64,000 nt of DNA from Macrostomum hystrix (taxonomy: Eukaryota; Animalia; Platyhelminthes): assembly GCA_950097015.1 (NCBI GenBank), contig CATNEN010000038.1:9424001-9488000 (forward strand), read 5' to 3'. The translations under genes were made by a program, and so were the position numbers. This document shows, in pieces, positions 1-12,396 of the stretch. Below the pieces are notes generated by a model. The model saw only the letters and a program-made list of their open reading frames with translations, did not search any database and was not told the origin of the DNA. Numbering within the stretch: the first letter of the stretch is position 1; every line of letters begins with the position of its first letter.

Positions 1-652
1 GACAGACAATCTGTAAAGCTAGACAGTCATTCTGTAAAGCTAGACAGACAATCTGTAAAGCTAGACAGACAATCTGTAAAGCTAGAGAGACAATCTGTAA
101 AGCTAGACAGACAATCTGTAAAGCTAGACAGTCATTCTGTAAAGCTAGACAGACAATCTGTAAAGCTAGACAGACAATCTGTAAAGCTAGACAGTCATTC
201 TGTAAAGCTAGACAGACAATCTGTAAAGCTAGACAGACAATCTGTAAAGCTAGACAGACAATCTGTAAAGCTAGACAGTCATTCTGTAAAGCTAGACAGT
301 CATTCTGTAAAGCTAGACAGTCATTCTGTAAAGCTAGACAGTCATTCTGTAAAGCTAGACAGTCATTCTGTAAAGCTAGACAGTCATTCTGTAAAGCTAG
401 ACAGACAATCTGTAAAGCTAGACAGACAATCTGTAAAGCTAGAGAGACAATCTGTAAAGCTAGACAGTCATTCTGTAAAGCTAGACAGTCATTCTGTAAA
501 GCTAGACAGACAATCTGTAAAGCTAGACAGACAATCTGTAAAGCTAGACAGTCATTCTGTAAAGCTAGACAGTCATTCTGTAAAGCTAGACAGTCATTCT
601 GTAAAGCTAGACAGTCATTCTGTAAAGCTAGACAGTCATTCTGTAAAGCTAG
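1..652. repeat. 21-bp minisatellite (gacagacaatctgtaaagcta / gacagtcattctgtaaagcta) in a MAU2 intron
   Basis: Tandem 21-bp period directly visible; runs off the left edge of the window. Confidence 0.97.
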
Positions 653-696
653 AATTCTCAAATTCTCATTCTCAAATTCATAATCTCACCACCCAG

Positions 697-3693
697 GTGA
701 TGAACCACCTGGTTGCTGGCCAGGCCAAGCAGGCGCGTCCGACACTGCGCCAACTGCAGAAGGCCATCCAGGCATTCTCAGTCATGCAGGAGAGCCAACT
801 GCTGCTACCGCCTGATCAGCAACAGCAGCAGCAGCAGCAGCAGCCTAGCGCTGCCGCAGACACAGTTGACCAGTTCGAGTGGCTGTCACGGGAGCACATG
901 TCGGTGCTGGTGTACCTGCTCACACTGCTGCACAACATGGAGGAGGCCGCCTACGACAAGGTGCAGCGGTACACGGACAAGGCACTGACGCAGGTGAGGG
1001 GTTATTAAATTGGTCTATTGTTCTCCAATTATCCTGAAGGATTTGAGTCTATTATCTTCCTAGATCATGAAGGATTTGAGTCTATTGTCTTCCTAGATCA
1101 TGAAGGATTTGAGTCTATTGTCTTCCTAGATCATGAAGGATTTGAGTCTATTATCTTCCTAGATCATGAAGGATTTGAGTCTACAATGAGACTCAAAGGA
1201 GTCCTATATCCTAAATCTCATGCCTCTCATGTTCCCCAAATCCGTCGCCAGGTGGAAAAGCTCAAAGCTGTCGAGGACTCATCATTGCTGACTGTGCTTC
1301 ACCTCTGCATCCTGGAGCAGAGCTTCCAGTGCCACCTGGTGTCCGGCGATCGCGCCGCTGCCCTTCACCAGGCGGCCGCCAGTCTGAGAATCTGCTCAGC
1401 CAGCCCTGCTCTGCTGCAGCGCCGCCTGGCCCACTGCCACTCAATGCTAGCCCTGTACGCCATGACCAGCAACTGCCTGGGCGCAGCTGAGAGCCAATTC
1501 CGCCGAGCCCTGTGCCTGGCGCCCAGACCCGAGCTGCACCAGTTTATCTGCCTCAATCTAGGCCTAGTTATGCTCAGGCAGAATCGACTGACCGATTGTC
1601 AGAAAGTACTAGCCGATTGTCAGCAACAGCAGCAGCAGCAGGCGGCAAACCGGTCCACGGGGTACTGCCTGCGCGCTGCCGGGCACTGGGTCGACGGCCT
1701 GCTGGCCATGCTGCTGGGCGACTTTAACAACGCCAAGTGAGTTGCTGAGCTCGAACCCTGATTCCCTGCCCATTTCAGTTATCCCAGGGATTTCGGGCTA
1801 CTTTCTGTTATGCCAGGGATTTCGAAACGACTTTTAGTTATCCCACGGATTTGAGAACGACTTCTATTTATCCCAGGGATTTCGAAATGACTTCTAGTTA
1901 TCCCATGGATATCTAAACGACTATCAGCTATCCCAGGGATTTCGAAACGACTTCCAGTTATCTCAGGGATTTCAAAATGACTTCTAGCTATCCCAGGGAT
2001 TTCGAAACGACTTCCAGTTATCTCAGGGATTTCAAAACGACTTCTAGCTATCCCAGGGATTTCGAAACGACTTCCAGTTATCTCAGGGATTTCAAAACGA
2101 CTTCTAGCTATCCCAGGGATTTCGAAACGACTTCCAGTTATCTCAGGGATTTCAAAACGACTTCTAGCTATCCCAGGGATTTCGAAACGACCTCCAGTTA
2201 TCCCAGGGATTTTAAAATGACAATTAGTTATCCCAGCGATTTCAAAATAACGTTTAGTTAAATCTTTTTAATCTGTTTAAGCATATTTTAGTTTTTTTAA
2301 GAAGTAAATTTAAATTTATCCCATATGATTTATTTAGTGATAGAAAGTATCTATAACTTATTATCAAGCTAGATTAAGCGCAACCTTCCGTCTCCAGGTT
2401 GTGCATCAAGGAGAGCCTGAAGCTGGCCAACGCCGAGAATCTTCGCCGCCTTCTGACCCTGTCGCTGATCGTCCTCGGCCAGGCGCACTTCGCAGCCGCC
2501 CAGTACGAGGATGTTAAGAAGGTAGTGGACGCCGCAGTCCAACTGGCCGAGCAGATACCGGACGAGGCCGTGCAGCTGTGGGCTAGCACACTCATGCGGG
2601 ACCTGCACAGGGCCGAGGGCAGCCCGCATCTCGAGGCCGCCTCCGCCCAGCGGCACTCCAGCCTGCTGGCCGCCTATCAGGCTAGCGTCGATCGGGCCAC
2701 TGCAGCGCCTGAGCACCAGCTTATCTACGTGAGCACATTATCAATAGGACTACAAAGACATTATGCCGCCCGTTTTATACCAAGGGGCCCCCTGAAATTC
2801 TTTTGGCAGCGCCCGAATGCTAACAGCTTTGGGTGGTGACTGATTGGTTGACAGACTACGCGATGGTGGCCTGTGGTTGAGCTGCGCCTAATATTTAGGC
2901 TTGATCAGTGAAATTGGAGAAATTCGCGTCAGGGTGTCCATAGTAGCCTAGTTCCACCTGTTGTAGCCCTTGAAGGTCCAGCAGTCCGTTTTGATAAAGG
3001 TGGGTGACCACCGAAGACGGAGATGATGCAGGCACATTCGGGTGACATGCTGATAAATTTTGAAGGCCTGGGAAGGCCGCACTGAGGCGCAGTGCTAATT
3101 CGTGTGTAGGATGTATGAAATACAATTGCGTTTAAGGGTGAAACTCAGACCTTCAACCAGAACCAAAAAATTTCAGAGAGGAAATTCCCCGCCTTTGTAG
3201 TTCTACTGTTATTGGAATCCGAACATTAATTGTTGCTTAGACTCACGACTTAGAAGGTAAGGGGTTCGATTCCCATCTTCACGTATTGCTTCAGTTTCAT
3301 TGTGGAGCTACCCTGTCCATAGACTACTAATCAATTGAAAATCTGGCCTTATTTTAGCGGGCGTACTTTTAAACAATTATTCATTTGTTGCAGTAGTGTG
3401 GTCAAATAAGCATTCCTACTCGCGTGTGGTTTCAGTGGCTAGATGGACCTCCGCCGGATGTTGGCGTCGGCCAACTGCCTGCTGTCAGCAGCAGCAGCAG
3501 TAGCCACGAGCATGTGCAGCCTCAGCAACAGCTAGCCCCTCTTAGCTACCTTCAACAGCAGCAGCAGCAGCAGCATTTTCAGTTAACCGCGTTGTCAAGT
3601 GTATCTCAACCCATTGCAGCCAGTGCTGCAATCAGCAGCCAATATTATCAGGCCTACCAGCAGCATCAGCCATCCTCGCACATTGGCCATTAA
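697..3693 (+). CDS. MAU2: MAU2 / Scc4 cohesin loader subunit, 3' portion (exons 697-993, 1252-1736, 2398-2728, 3436-3693; 5' exons outside window)
   Basis: Spliced translation shows MAU2 motifs: FEWLSREHMSVLVYL, YTDKALTQVEKLK, CLRAAGHW, ESLKLANAENLRRL, QLAEQIPDEAVQLWASTLMRDL, PEHQLIYWLDGPPP. All junctions are AG/GT and in phase. Confidence 0.95.
1034..1183. repeat. 33-bp intronic minisatellite (catgaaggatttgagtctattgtcttcctagat)
   Basis: 4-5 tandem copies in the MAU2 intron 994-1251. Confidence 0.9.
1772..2260. repeat. 30-bp intronic minisatellite (cttctagctatcccagggatttcgaaacga), alternating A/B dimer in the centre
   Basis: Tandem period of 30 with a 60-bp higher-order dimer at 1921-2200. 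Confidence 0.93.
2900..3100 (-). mobile_element. Dispersed repeat (unclassified), second copy at ~60670-60870
   Basis: Its reverse complement matches 60710-60860 (cacccgaatgtgcctgcatcatctcc...ggaccttcaagggc...aacaggt.gaactagg...ggacacc..gacgcgaatttctcc). Confidence 0.75.
3232..3325 (+). mobile_element. Truncated SINE family A fragment
   Basis: gactcacgactt..aaggt..ggggttcgattccc head (B-box-like) shared with the 45.3, 48.2 and 54.2 kb copies. Confidence 0.6.
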
Positions 3694-4142
3694 CTGTAAT
3701 CGTTGTAGAAAGCAGTATCAAATAGTGCCTTTTGAACATATTTTTTTATAATGCGCGCTTCAATTGGTGCGTACAGCTACTCGCAGTAGTCACTAAGCTT
3801 GTGTGTATTTTCGATTAGCTATCCATTTTTAATTGCTCTGTTCATTCTACTCACACATTCAATCACCCATACGAAACTGTTAATATTGTAAAGCTTTTTA
3901 TTAACTGCGTTTTTATGCTAAGTGCAACATAGTAGCTATTCTATATTCGAGGCACATATACGCTTACACACACATACATATGCATATATAATTTTCTAAT
4001 TGCTTATAACTGCAGCCGGCGACAAACATTTGTAGTCCCAAAGCCGCTGATAATATTCATCTCAGAATTTAGACTGTTCTGCTTTGCATAAAATTATTTT
4101 TAAAACATTGCCTTGATTCGATGAGAGACGACCACCTCTGCT

Positions 4143-4497
4143 TAACCTGATCCTCAGGTTAAGCAGCCACCTTCCCTGATCCTCAGGCTGAGCAGCCACC
4201 TTCCCTGATCCTCAGGCTGAGCAGCCACCTTCCCTGATCCTCAGGTTAAGCAGCCACCTTCCCTGATCCTCAGGCTGAGCAGCCACCTTCCCTGATCCTC
4301 AGGCTGAGCAGCCACCTTCCCTGATCCTCAGGCTGAGCAGCCACCTTCCCTGATCCTCATGCTGAGCAGCCACCTTCCCTGATCCTAATGCTGAGCAGCC
4401 ACCTTCCCTGATCCTCAGGCTGAGCAGCCACCTTCCCTGATCCTCAGGCTGAGCAGCCACCTTCCCTGATCCTAATGCTGAGCAGCCACCTTCCCTA
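4143..4497. repeat. 29-bp minisatellite (ctgatcctcaggctgagcagccaccttcc)
   Basis: Tandem period 29. Confidence 0.95.
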
Positions 4498-4659
4498 ATT
4501 ATTCGGCTAATGATGCGTAAACAGTTAATGAGAAATACAATCGTGATAGCAGGTGCATCTGTAAGCGTGGTTATTAGCGTTCGTGTATTTGGCAGAAGAG
4601 GCGGAGAGTCCCTGGTTGCTACGCAGGACGCCTGTTTAGACCAAGCGCCCTCGGCCGCG

Positions 4660-4923
4660 TCAGTAACCGCCGCAGTCGCCACGTCCCAGACGGCACGCCT
4701 CGTAAGACTTGTCGGGATTGACGCACTTGGGGTGGTTCAAGTTGTCACAGCCGACCTCGAAGCCGGTGCAGGTCCAGAAGCCCTTGTACACGCACTTGCA
4801 TGCGTTGCCCCTGCTAGCCGGCTTGGAGATAGTGCAGCCGCCGGAGTGGTAGTTGCAGTCGCAGGCCATGGCTGAGGCAACCACAGCGACCAGCAGGACA
4901 AGGAGGATGGCGGCGCCGCGCAT
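4660..4923 (-). CDS. Small secreted cysteine-rich protein (87 aa, signal peptide plus 10-Cys domain ending GDCGGY)
   Basis: Intronless ATG-to-stop ORF; hydrophobic leader MRGAAILLVLLVAVVASAMA; 10 Cys; GC3-rich codon usage like neighbouring genes; upstream TATA box. Confidence 0.9.
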   Translation of the reverse strand: MRGAAILLVLLVAVVASAMACDCNYHSGGCTISKPASRGNACKCVYKGFWTCTGFEVGCDNLNHPKCVNPDKSYEACRLGRGDCGGY

Positions 4924-5014
4924 CTTGTCTTAGCAATTATTTGTTATAATAATTGGATTTCCAGTGATGCCAGGCTGAGCTGTTTCCAAGCGTTCAGCGG
5001 CCCCGCAGACATTA

Positions 5015-5022
5015 TTTTTATA
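5015..5022 (-). promoter_or_regulatory. TATA box (TATAAAAA on minus strand) of the Cys-rich peptide gene
   Basis: tttttata at 5015-5022, about 90 bp upstream of the ATG at 4923. Confidence 0.55.
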
Positions 5023-5537
5023 AGCAGTAGAAAACTGACGACCAGGCCAGGCTGATTAGATTCACCAGATTGATTGGGGCATTGCAAAACTGGAAGTGGA
5101 AATTGCTGCAGCTCTGTGTCGCATTATCAGTCCTGGTCCTGGGAGGCGTGTCAGAAACTAAAAAATTCGTCAAGCTTACCCACGCACGCTGCAGATGCTG
5201 CTTTACCCAGGCAATCTCTTCTAGTCTGGGCCCTTGAGCCTTTCTTTGGGATATGTCAGCTCGCAGAGACAGAAATCAGGCGTTGCCTATCATGCCTTCG
5301 CATAGCTACCCCTTGTAGACTAGTTAATTTGTCTTTACATTATCTTTTAGAATTGCTGCACTTGGAACTGTTTGAACAAGAAAAACATATTTAATAAAAC
5401 CTTAAGTTTAAAAAACTCATGCATTGGCTATCTCATAATGGCTGATAATTTCAATGGAGCCCTTCTTTTCATACGCAAGTGCTCGTCCATGGTCAAAAGG
5501 AATGACGATTCAATTTCCCTGAGCAACCAGCTTCTCC

Positions 5538-6462
5538 GATCCTCGGGCTTAGTAGCTACATTCCATGATCCTCAGGCTGAGTAGCTACATTCCATGATCC
5601 TCAGGCTTAGTAGCTACACTCCATGATCCTCAGGCTTAGTAGCTACATTCCATGATCCTCAGGCTGAGTAGCTACATTCCATGATCCTCAGGCTTAGTAG
5701 CTACACTCCATGATCCTCAGGCTTAGTAGCTACACTCCATGATCCTCAGGCTTAGTAGCTAGATTCTATGATCCTCAGGCTTAGTAGCTACACTCCATGA
5801 TCCTCAGGCTTAGTAGCTACATTCCATGATCCTCAGGCTTAGTAGCTACACTCCATGATCCTCAGGCTTAGTAGCTACACTCCATGATCCTCAGGCTTAG
5901 TAGCTACACTCCATGATCCTCAGGCTGAGTAGCTACACTCCATGATCCTCAGGCTTAGTAGCTACATTCCATGATCCTCAGGCTTAGTAGCTACACTCCA
6001 TGATCCTCAGGCTTAGTAGCTACATTCCATGATCCTCAGGCTGAGTAGCTACATTCCATGATCCTCAGGCTGAGTAGCTACACTCCATGATCCTCAGGCT
6101 TAGTAGCTACACTCCATGATCCTCAGGCTGAGTAGCTACACTCCATGATCCTCAGGCTTAGTAGCTACATTCCATGATCCTCAGGCTTAGTAGCTACACT
6201 CCATGATCCTCAGGCTTAGTAGCTACATTCCATGATCCTCAGGCTGAGTAGCTACATTCCATGATCCTCAGGCTGAGTAGCTACACTCCATGATCCTCAG
6301 GCTGAGTAGCTACATTCCATGATCCTCAGGCTTAGTAGCTACATTCCATGATCCTCAGGCTTAGTAGCTACATTCCATGATACTCAGGCTTAGTAGCTAC
6401 ACTCCATGATCCTCAGGCTGAGCACCCACCTTGCCTGATCCTTAGGCTAAGCAGCCACCTTC
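5538..6462. repeat. 29-bp minisatellite (atgatcctcaggcttagtagctacactcc), related to the 4143-4497 array
   Basis: Tandem period 29 with shared gatcctcaggct.ag.agc core; last two units revert to the left-array type. Confidence 0.95.
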
Positions 6463-6669
6463 TATTTTCGTTTTGATTTGTTTAATTAATATAAAGCTCG
6501 AGAGGCACAGCATAAACTTGGTGATCAAGACGAAGTTGATAAAAAACGTCTGTAATGCATTATCGATGCAATTAAATAGATTTTCTGTTTCAGCAATAAA
6601 ATTAGGATTTGAAATAATGTTTGGATTTCATTTGAGCTGGGAAATACTTCAGAGTTTCAGATTGCATAT

Positions 6670-9600
6670 TCAACGGTCTCTGTCAACTCCCAGATAGTTC
6701 GAGGTTCGTCGCCAGACAAGAAAAGTAACCGCATTGACTGGGAAGCTGCGCACAATGACTACGAAGCTGCCCCGGTAGAATCCCGCAAAGCCATGCTCAT
6801 GTAGAACCTGCCTCGCTACTGTCAGCGCTGAGCGGCGCGAAGCGGGCGTTCTGAACCGGCCGCAAGCCGCCTCCGCCTGCATGTTCGACTTGACATTGTC
6901 TATGGGCAGAACCGACAGCCAACTGACTGAGCCGGCCAGGCCTCCAGACAGCATGGTGGCCGCCGTCTCCCCAGTCATGTGACCTAGTCGACTGTACAGC
7001 CAATCGTAGGCCAGCATGTACAGTCCGTAGGAGGGCACGTCACGTAGGAATGTCACAGCGAATCCGCGGGTCAGGCCCGCCGCGCCCTCGCGTCGCACAA
7101 TGGCAGAGGCGCAGGCTAGCGGGCCTCTGTGCAGCTCAGATGTTCCTTTTGAGTATTACAAGAGGCGATGCCGTACAGAACAGTGATCACTTGGTTGAAA
7201 ACATACGGTCACTTCTGTAGCAACACAGCGTCACTTCTGTATCAACACAGCGTCACTTCTGTATCAACACAGCGTCACTTCTGTAGCAACACAGCGTCAC
7301 TTCTGTATCAACACAGGGTCACTTCTGTATCAACACAGGGTCACTTCTGTATCAACACAGGGTCACTTCTGTATCAACACAGGGTCACTTCTGTATCAAC
7401 ACAGCATCACTTCTGTAGCAACACAGCATCACTTCTGTAACAACACAGCATCACTTCTGTAGCAACACAGCATCACTTCTGTATCAACACAGCATCACTT
7501 CTGTATCAACACAGCGTCACTTCTGTATCAACACAGGGTCACTTCTGTATCAACACAGGGTCACTTCTGTAACAACACAGCGTCACTTCTGTAACAATAC
7601 AGCGTCACTTCTGTAACAACACAGCGTCACTTCTGTAACAATACAGCGTCACTTCTGTATCAACACAGGGTCACTTCTGTATCAACACAGGGTCACTTCT
7701 GTATCAACACAGCGTCACTTCTGTAACAATACAGCGTCACTTCTGTATCAACACAGGGTCACTTCTGTATCAACACAGGGTCACTTCTGTATCAACACAG
7801 GGTCACTTCTGTATCATCACAGGGTCACTTCTGTATCAACAAAGGGTCACTTCTGTATCAACACAGGGTCACTTCTGTATCAACACAGGGTCACTTCTGT
7901 ATCAACACAGGGTCACTTCTGTAACAACACAGCATCACTTCTGTATCAACACAGCATCACTTCTGTATCAACACAGCGTCACTTCTGTATCAACACAGTG
8001 TCACTTCTGTAACAACACAGCGTCACTTCTGTATCAATACAGCGTCACTTCTGTATCAACACAGGGTCACTTCTGTATCAACACAGGGTCACTTCTGTAT
8101 CAACACAGGGTCACTTCTGTATCAACACAGGGTCACTTCTGTATCAACACAGGGTCACTTCTGTATCAACACAGCATCACTTCTGTAGCAACACAGCATC
8201 ACTTCTGTAACAACACAGCATCACTTCTGTATCAACACAGCATCACTTCTGTATCAACACAGCGTCACTTCTGTAACAACACAGGGTCACTTCTGTATCA
8301 ACACAGGGTCACTTCTGTATCAACACAGGGTCACTTCTGTAACAACACAGCGTCACTTCTGTATCAACACAGGGTCACTTCTGTATCAACACAGCGTCAC
8401 TTCTGTATCAACACAGGGTCACTTCTGTATCAACACAGGGTCACTTCTGTAACAACACAGCGTCACTTCTGTAACAATACAGCGTCACTTCTGTAACAAC
8501 ACAGCGTCACTTCTGTAACAATACAGCGTCACTTCTGTATCAACACAGGGTCACTTCTGTATCAACACAGGGTCACTTCTGTATCAACACAGCGTCACTT
8601 CTGTAACAATACAGCGTCACTTCTGTATCAACACAGGGTCACTTCTGTATCAACACAGGGTCACTTCTGTATCAACACAGGGTCACTTCTGTATCATCAC
8701 AGGGTCACTTCTGTATCAACAAAGGGTCACTTCTGTATCAACACAGGGTCACTTCTGTATCAACACAGGGTCACTTCTGTATCAACACAGGGTCACTTCT
8801 GTAACAACACAGCATCACTTCTGTATCAACACAGCATCACTTCTGTATCAACACAGCGTCACTTCTGTATCAACACAGTGTCACTTCTGTAACAACACAG
8901 CGTCACTTCTGTATCAATACAGCGTCACTTCTGTATCAACACAGGGTCACTTCTGTATCAACACAGGGTCACTTCTGTATCAACACAGGGTCACTTCTGT
9001 ATCAACACAGGGTCACTTCTGTATCAACACAGGGTCACTTCTGTATCAACACAGCATCACTTCTGTAGCAACACAGCATCACTTCTGTAACAACACAGCG
9101 TCACTTCTGTATCAACACAGGGTCACTTCTGTATCAACACAGGGTCACTTCTGTAACAACACAGCGTCACTTCTGTAACAATACAGCGTCACTTCTGTAT
9201 CAACACAGGGTCACTTCTGTAACAACACAGCGTCACTTCTGTATCAACACAGGGTCACTTCTGTATCAACACAGGGTCACTTCTGTAACAATACAGCGTC
9301 ACTTCTGTATCAACACAGGGTCACTTCTGTATCAACAAAGGGTCACTTCTGTATCAACACAGGGTCACTTCTGTATCAACACAGGGTCACTTCTGTATCA
9401 ACACAGGGTCACTTCTGTAACAACACAGGGTCACTTCTGTATCAACCTTAGTTAGTGCATCGACTCACTCCTGCTTAACTGCGCTTGCATGGCAGTCTTT
9501 ATCAACTCGACAGGCGCCACCAGGGGAAGTTGCGCCGCGCCTCCTGCCATGCCAGCTAGAAACACGTTTCCATGGTGACTGTCTGGTCGAAGCTTTTGCA

Positions 9601-10267
9601 GTAGAGCTAGTGTTTGGCCGTAGACGCCAAAGAAGACTGAGTTGATTGTTGTGAAAGACACCATGGGCAAGGCCATGCCCTGGAAAAGGCCTTCATGTCG
9701 GTTTGGAAGGGGTCCTAATGATACTTTTAACAGTTCTGAGATGAAGCTGATCAAGTTGGGGACATACTGACCTTGCTGAAGTCCCTTGCTAAACATGGTA
9801 CGAACAGCCAGTGTGGCATGCCCAGTTGGCGCTAGTTGCAGCTGCACCTTCAACACCTCCATTGGATGACCGACTAGCAGCCCGCTGACTCCTACGGTTA
9901 GATTTAAAAAGTCCATTTAAAAATTAGAATGATGAGCCTACAAAGACTACGGTTCTGTTTAAATTGCGATTTTAACAGAAGTGACACCTGCCACATCCAG
10001 TGTGAGATCCCATACACCCAGTGTGTGATCCCATGCATCGAGAATTAGATCCCATACACCCAGTATGAGATTCCATACACCCAGTGGGAGGTCCCCTACA
10101 CCCAGTGTGATGTCCCATACACCCAGTGTGAGATCCCATACACCCAGTATGAGACCCCATACACCCAGTATGAGATCCCATACACCAGTGTGAGGTCCCA
10201 GTGTGAAAAATTCCCTCCGCACAACACTGTTCTTACCCCCAGCTGCACCGGCAATGAAATTTTCCAT
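6670..10267 (-). CDS. Mitochondrial carrier, SLC25A45/A29/A48-like (exons 10267-10237, 9891-9772, 9690-9469, 7145-6670; ~282 aa)
   Basis: Three carrier repeats with PX[D/E]XXK motifs (HPMEVLK, APVELIK, LPIDNVK), FIAGAAGG start, RDVPSYGLY, and RSFPVNAVTF; exon phases sum to an intact frame. Confidence 0.9.
7207..9446. repeat. 22-bp minisatellite (gtcacttctgtatcaacacagg) filling an SLC25 intron
   Basis: About 100 tandem units; diagnostic variant units recur at 880-bp spacing. Confidence 0.97.
9997..10206. repeat. 21-bp minisatellite (cccatacacccagtgtgagat) in SLC25 intron 1
   Basis: Tandem period 21. Confidence 0.9.
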
Positions 10268-11945
10268 ATCGTGAGCGTGTCCAACGTGGTCGAATATTCT
10301 CAGGCTAGTCGCCTACCTGATTGGTCTAATTTAGCAGTAAATTATCTAGATCGCAGCTCCAACTGCGACTGCAGTTGATACCTTTGCTCATAACCTCATT
10401 AACAGACGCCTATTTAAAGCTAGTCGACTGAAATCTGCTACCAAACTCTTCACAAAGTCTCATTCCAGTCTAACCCGACATTGTGCAGCTTGTGCAGCCC
10501 CACCTTATTCGCCACCTCAAACATGCACTGTTCAGTTTGGCAAGCCCACTACCTGACCTCTGCATTATTCATCAGCGCGGCATCTGTAACTTGTTGTGGA
10601 AAATTCCACTTACTTATTTAACAACAGTTGCGACCCTTATATGCACTTTGAAAGGTGAGAAAAATCCAGAAGCGTGCTTTGAACTATTGTCGAAGTACGA
10701 ACAGGTAGACAGACAGTAGACAGACAGAAAGCTTTCTGAAGATCAATTTGATACTAGCTCCTTTCTCGACAGTGAAAATTTCAGCAAACGACAAGTGTTT
10801 TTAATCTCCCTGGGTTGACACTTATTCTCAATGACGTGTATTAAATTTTCCTATCCCTACCTGCCAAACCTCTTGACATAAAGTGCAATTATGACTGGTC
10901 TTTACACGCTGGTCACTGACACACCTGCAGGTTAATGACAGAAAAAGTGCAAGTTCTCTTGCATTATCTGGCGGGTGCAGGAGGTAGCTAGGGGCGCAAC
11001 GGTCTAAAGTTCACTCAGCAATATAGCAAAATTTACACATTTTTAATAATAAGTTTTTAGAGTCCAGGGCACATGAAGTTCGAACTTTGCTCTCTGTACA
11101 ATGCCCTGGCCGGTTCACTAGTAGTTGCCCACCTGCTGCAAGCTGCAGCGAGTTTTTTTTAAATAAATCCAGTTTTCATCGGAAACGATCGGGCGACAGT
11201 GAGCGAATCTGAAGCCAAAGTTCTTGTGGGCGTGGCTAGTGAACAAGCGCGGCGCGGTTTAAGGTAGCCTAACAAAGAAAGGATCGACGTTCTTAAAGTC
11301 TAACTCAGCCTTAAAACCCTTATCTATGTGTGTGTGAAACGGGTATCGGCTTGTGTTACAACGCTAGGTTTAGTCGTGCTCAGAGGGACAAAGGAATATA
11401 GGGTCGTCTGCTGGCCTTCAAAGCACTGAGATAAAAGGGTTTACTTGGTTCGCGAAAAAAGGTAGTCTAGGCAGATGCAGAGACGCAAATCAGTCAAAAG
11501 AATAAGAACAATATAAAAATAAAGAAAATGAAAATGAGACAGAATGAGACCAGCTGCATTAGACAAATAAGTGAAGAAAAATGTTTAGACGATCTAGTTT
11601 AATTTACAAACCTATTCCCGCAATTTCCAACATCAAAATCATATACTTCAACCCACGCGTCTGTAATATATCATCATGCACGGCAATCAGTTTAGGATTA
11701 AATGCCCACAATCGATGCGTACTTATATTAGTTGGGTTAGTTTGAAAAATAGGTTAATTAAAATAAGTTTAAATTCATTTTTTTATCAAAATCATTCATT
11801 TTTTATACTCAAGCTTTTTTAGTCAAAATTTTAGGATAAATAGCAGTAAAGGAGCATAATGAGTAGTTAATTTTTAAACGGAAGATCTTATTTCTTATTT
11901 AAAACCTTGAATATAAGCAATCTTAACTTTTTACGAATGAGTGGG

Positions 11946-12396
11946 TCTTTCACCGCATTGTTTTCCGCATGGTTTTCCGCATGGTTTTCCGCACAGTTTT
12001 TTTCGTGTAAAAATGAAAAAAATTTTGTATTGTGTAAAAATTACTGTGAAACTGTAATTTAATTTAATGGATGGTATGATATGACCTGGTATATTATTAA
12101 TCTTGTATGATGAAGTAGTCTGTGAGATCATTTGACATGATTGGGTATGATATGGGATGATATGGCATGATCTTGTATTATATGACATGATATGGTATGA
12201 TATGGCATAATCTGGTAAGGTATGACCTGGTACAGCATAATCTTGTATGATATAGTAGTCTATATGTTAGCATATGACATGATCTGGTATGATATGGATT
12301 ATTGCAGCACATGAGTGCTTTATTAAAGTCAGCATGATGCAAAAATACAGGAAAAAACCATGCGGAAAACCATGCGGAAAACAATGCGGTGAAAGA
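11946..12396. mobile_element. Foldback/MITE-like element with ~43-bp terminal inverted repeats
   Basis: tctttcaccgcattgttttccgcatggttttccgcatggtttt at the left end and its reverse complement ending gaaaga at 12396; internal ATG/ATA-rich simple sequence. Confidence 0.75.

Noticed and set aside
1977-2261. Repetitive 94-aa ORF in MAU2
   Set aside because: Intronic 30-bp minisatellite; flanking exons join seamlessly in MAU2 homology.
4510-4875. 121-aa plus-strand ORF
   Set aside because: Antisense shadow of the Cys-rich peptide gene.
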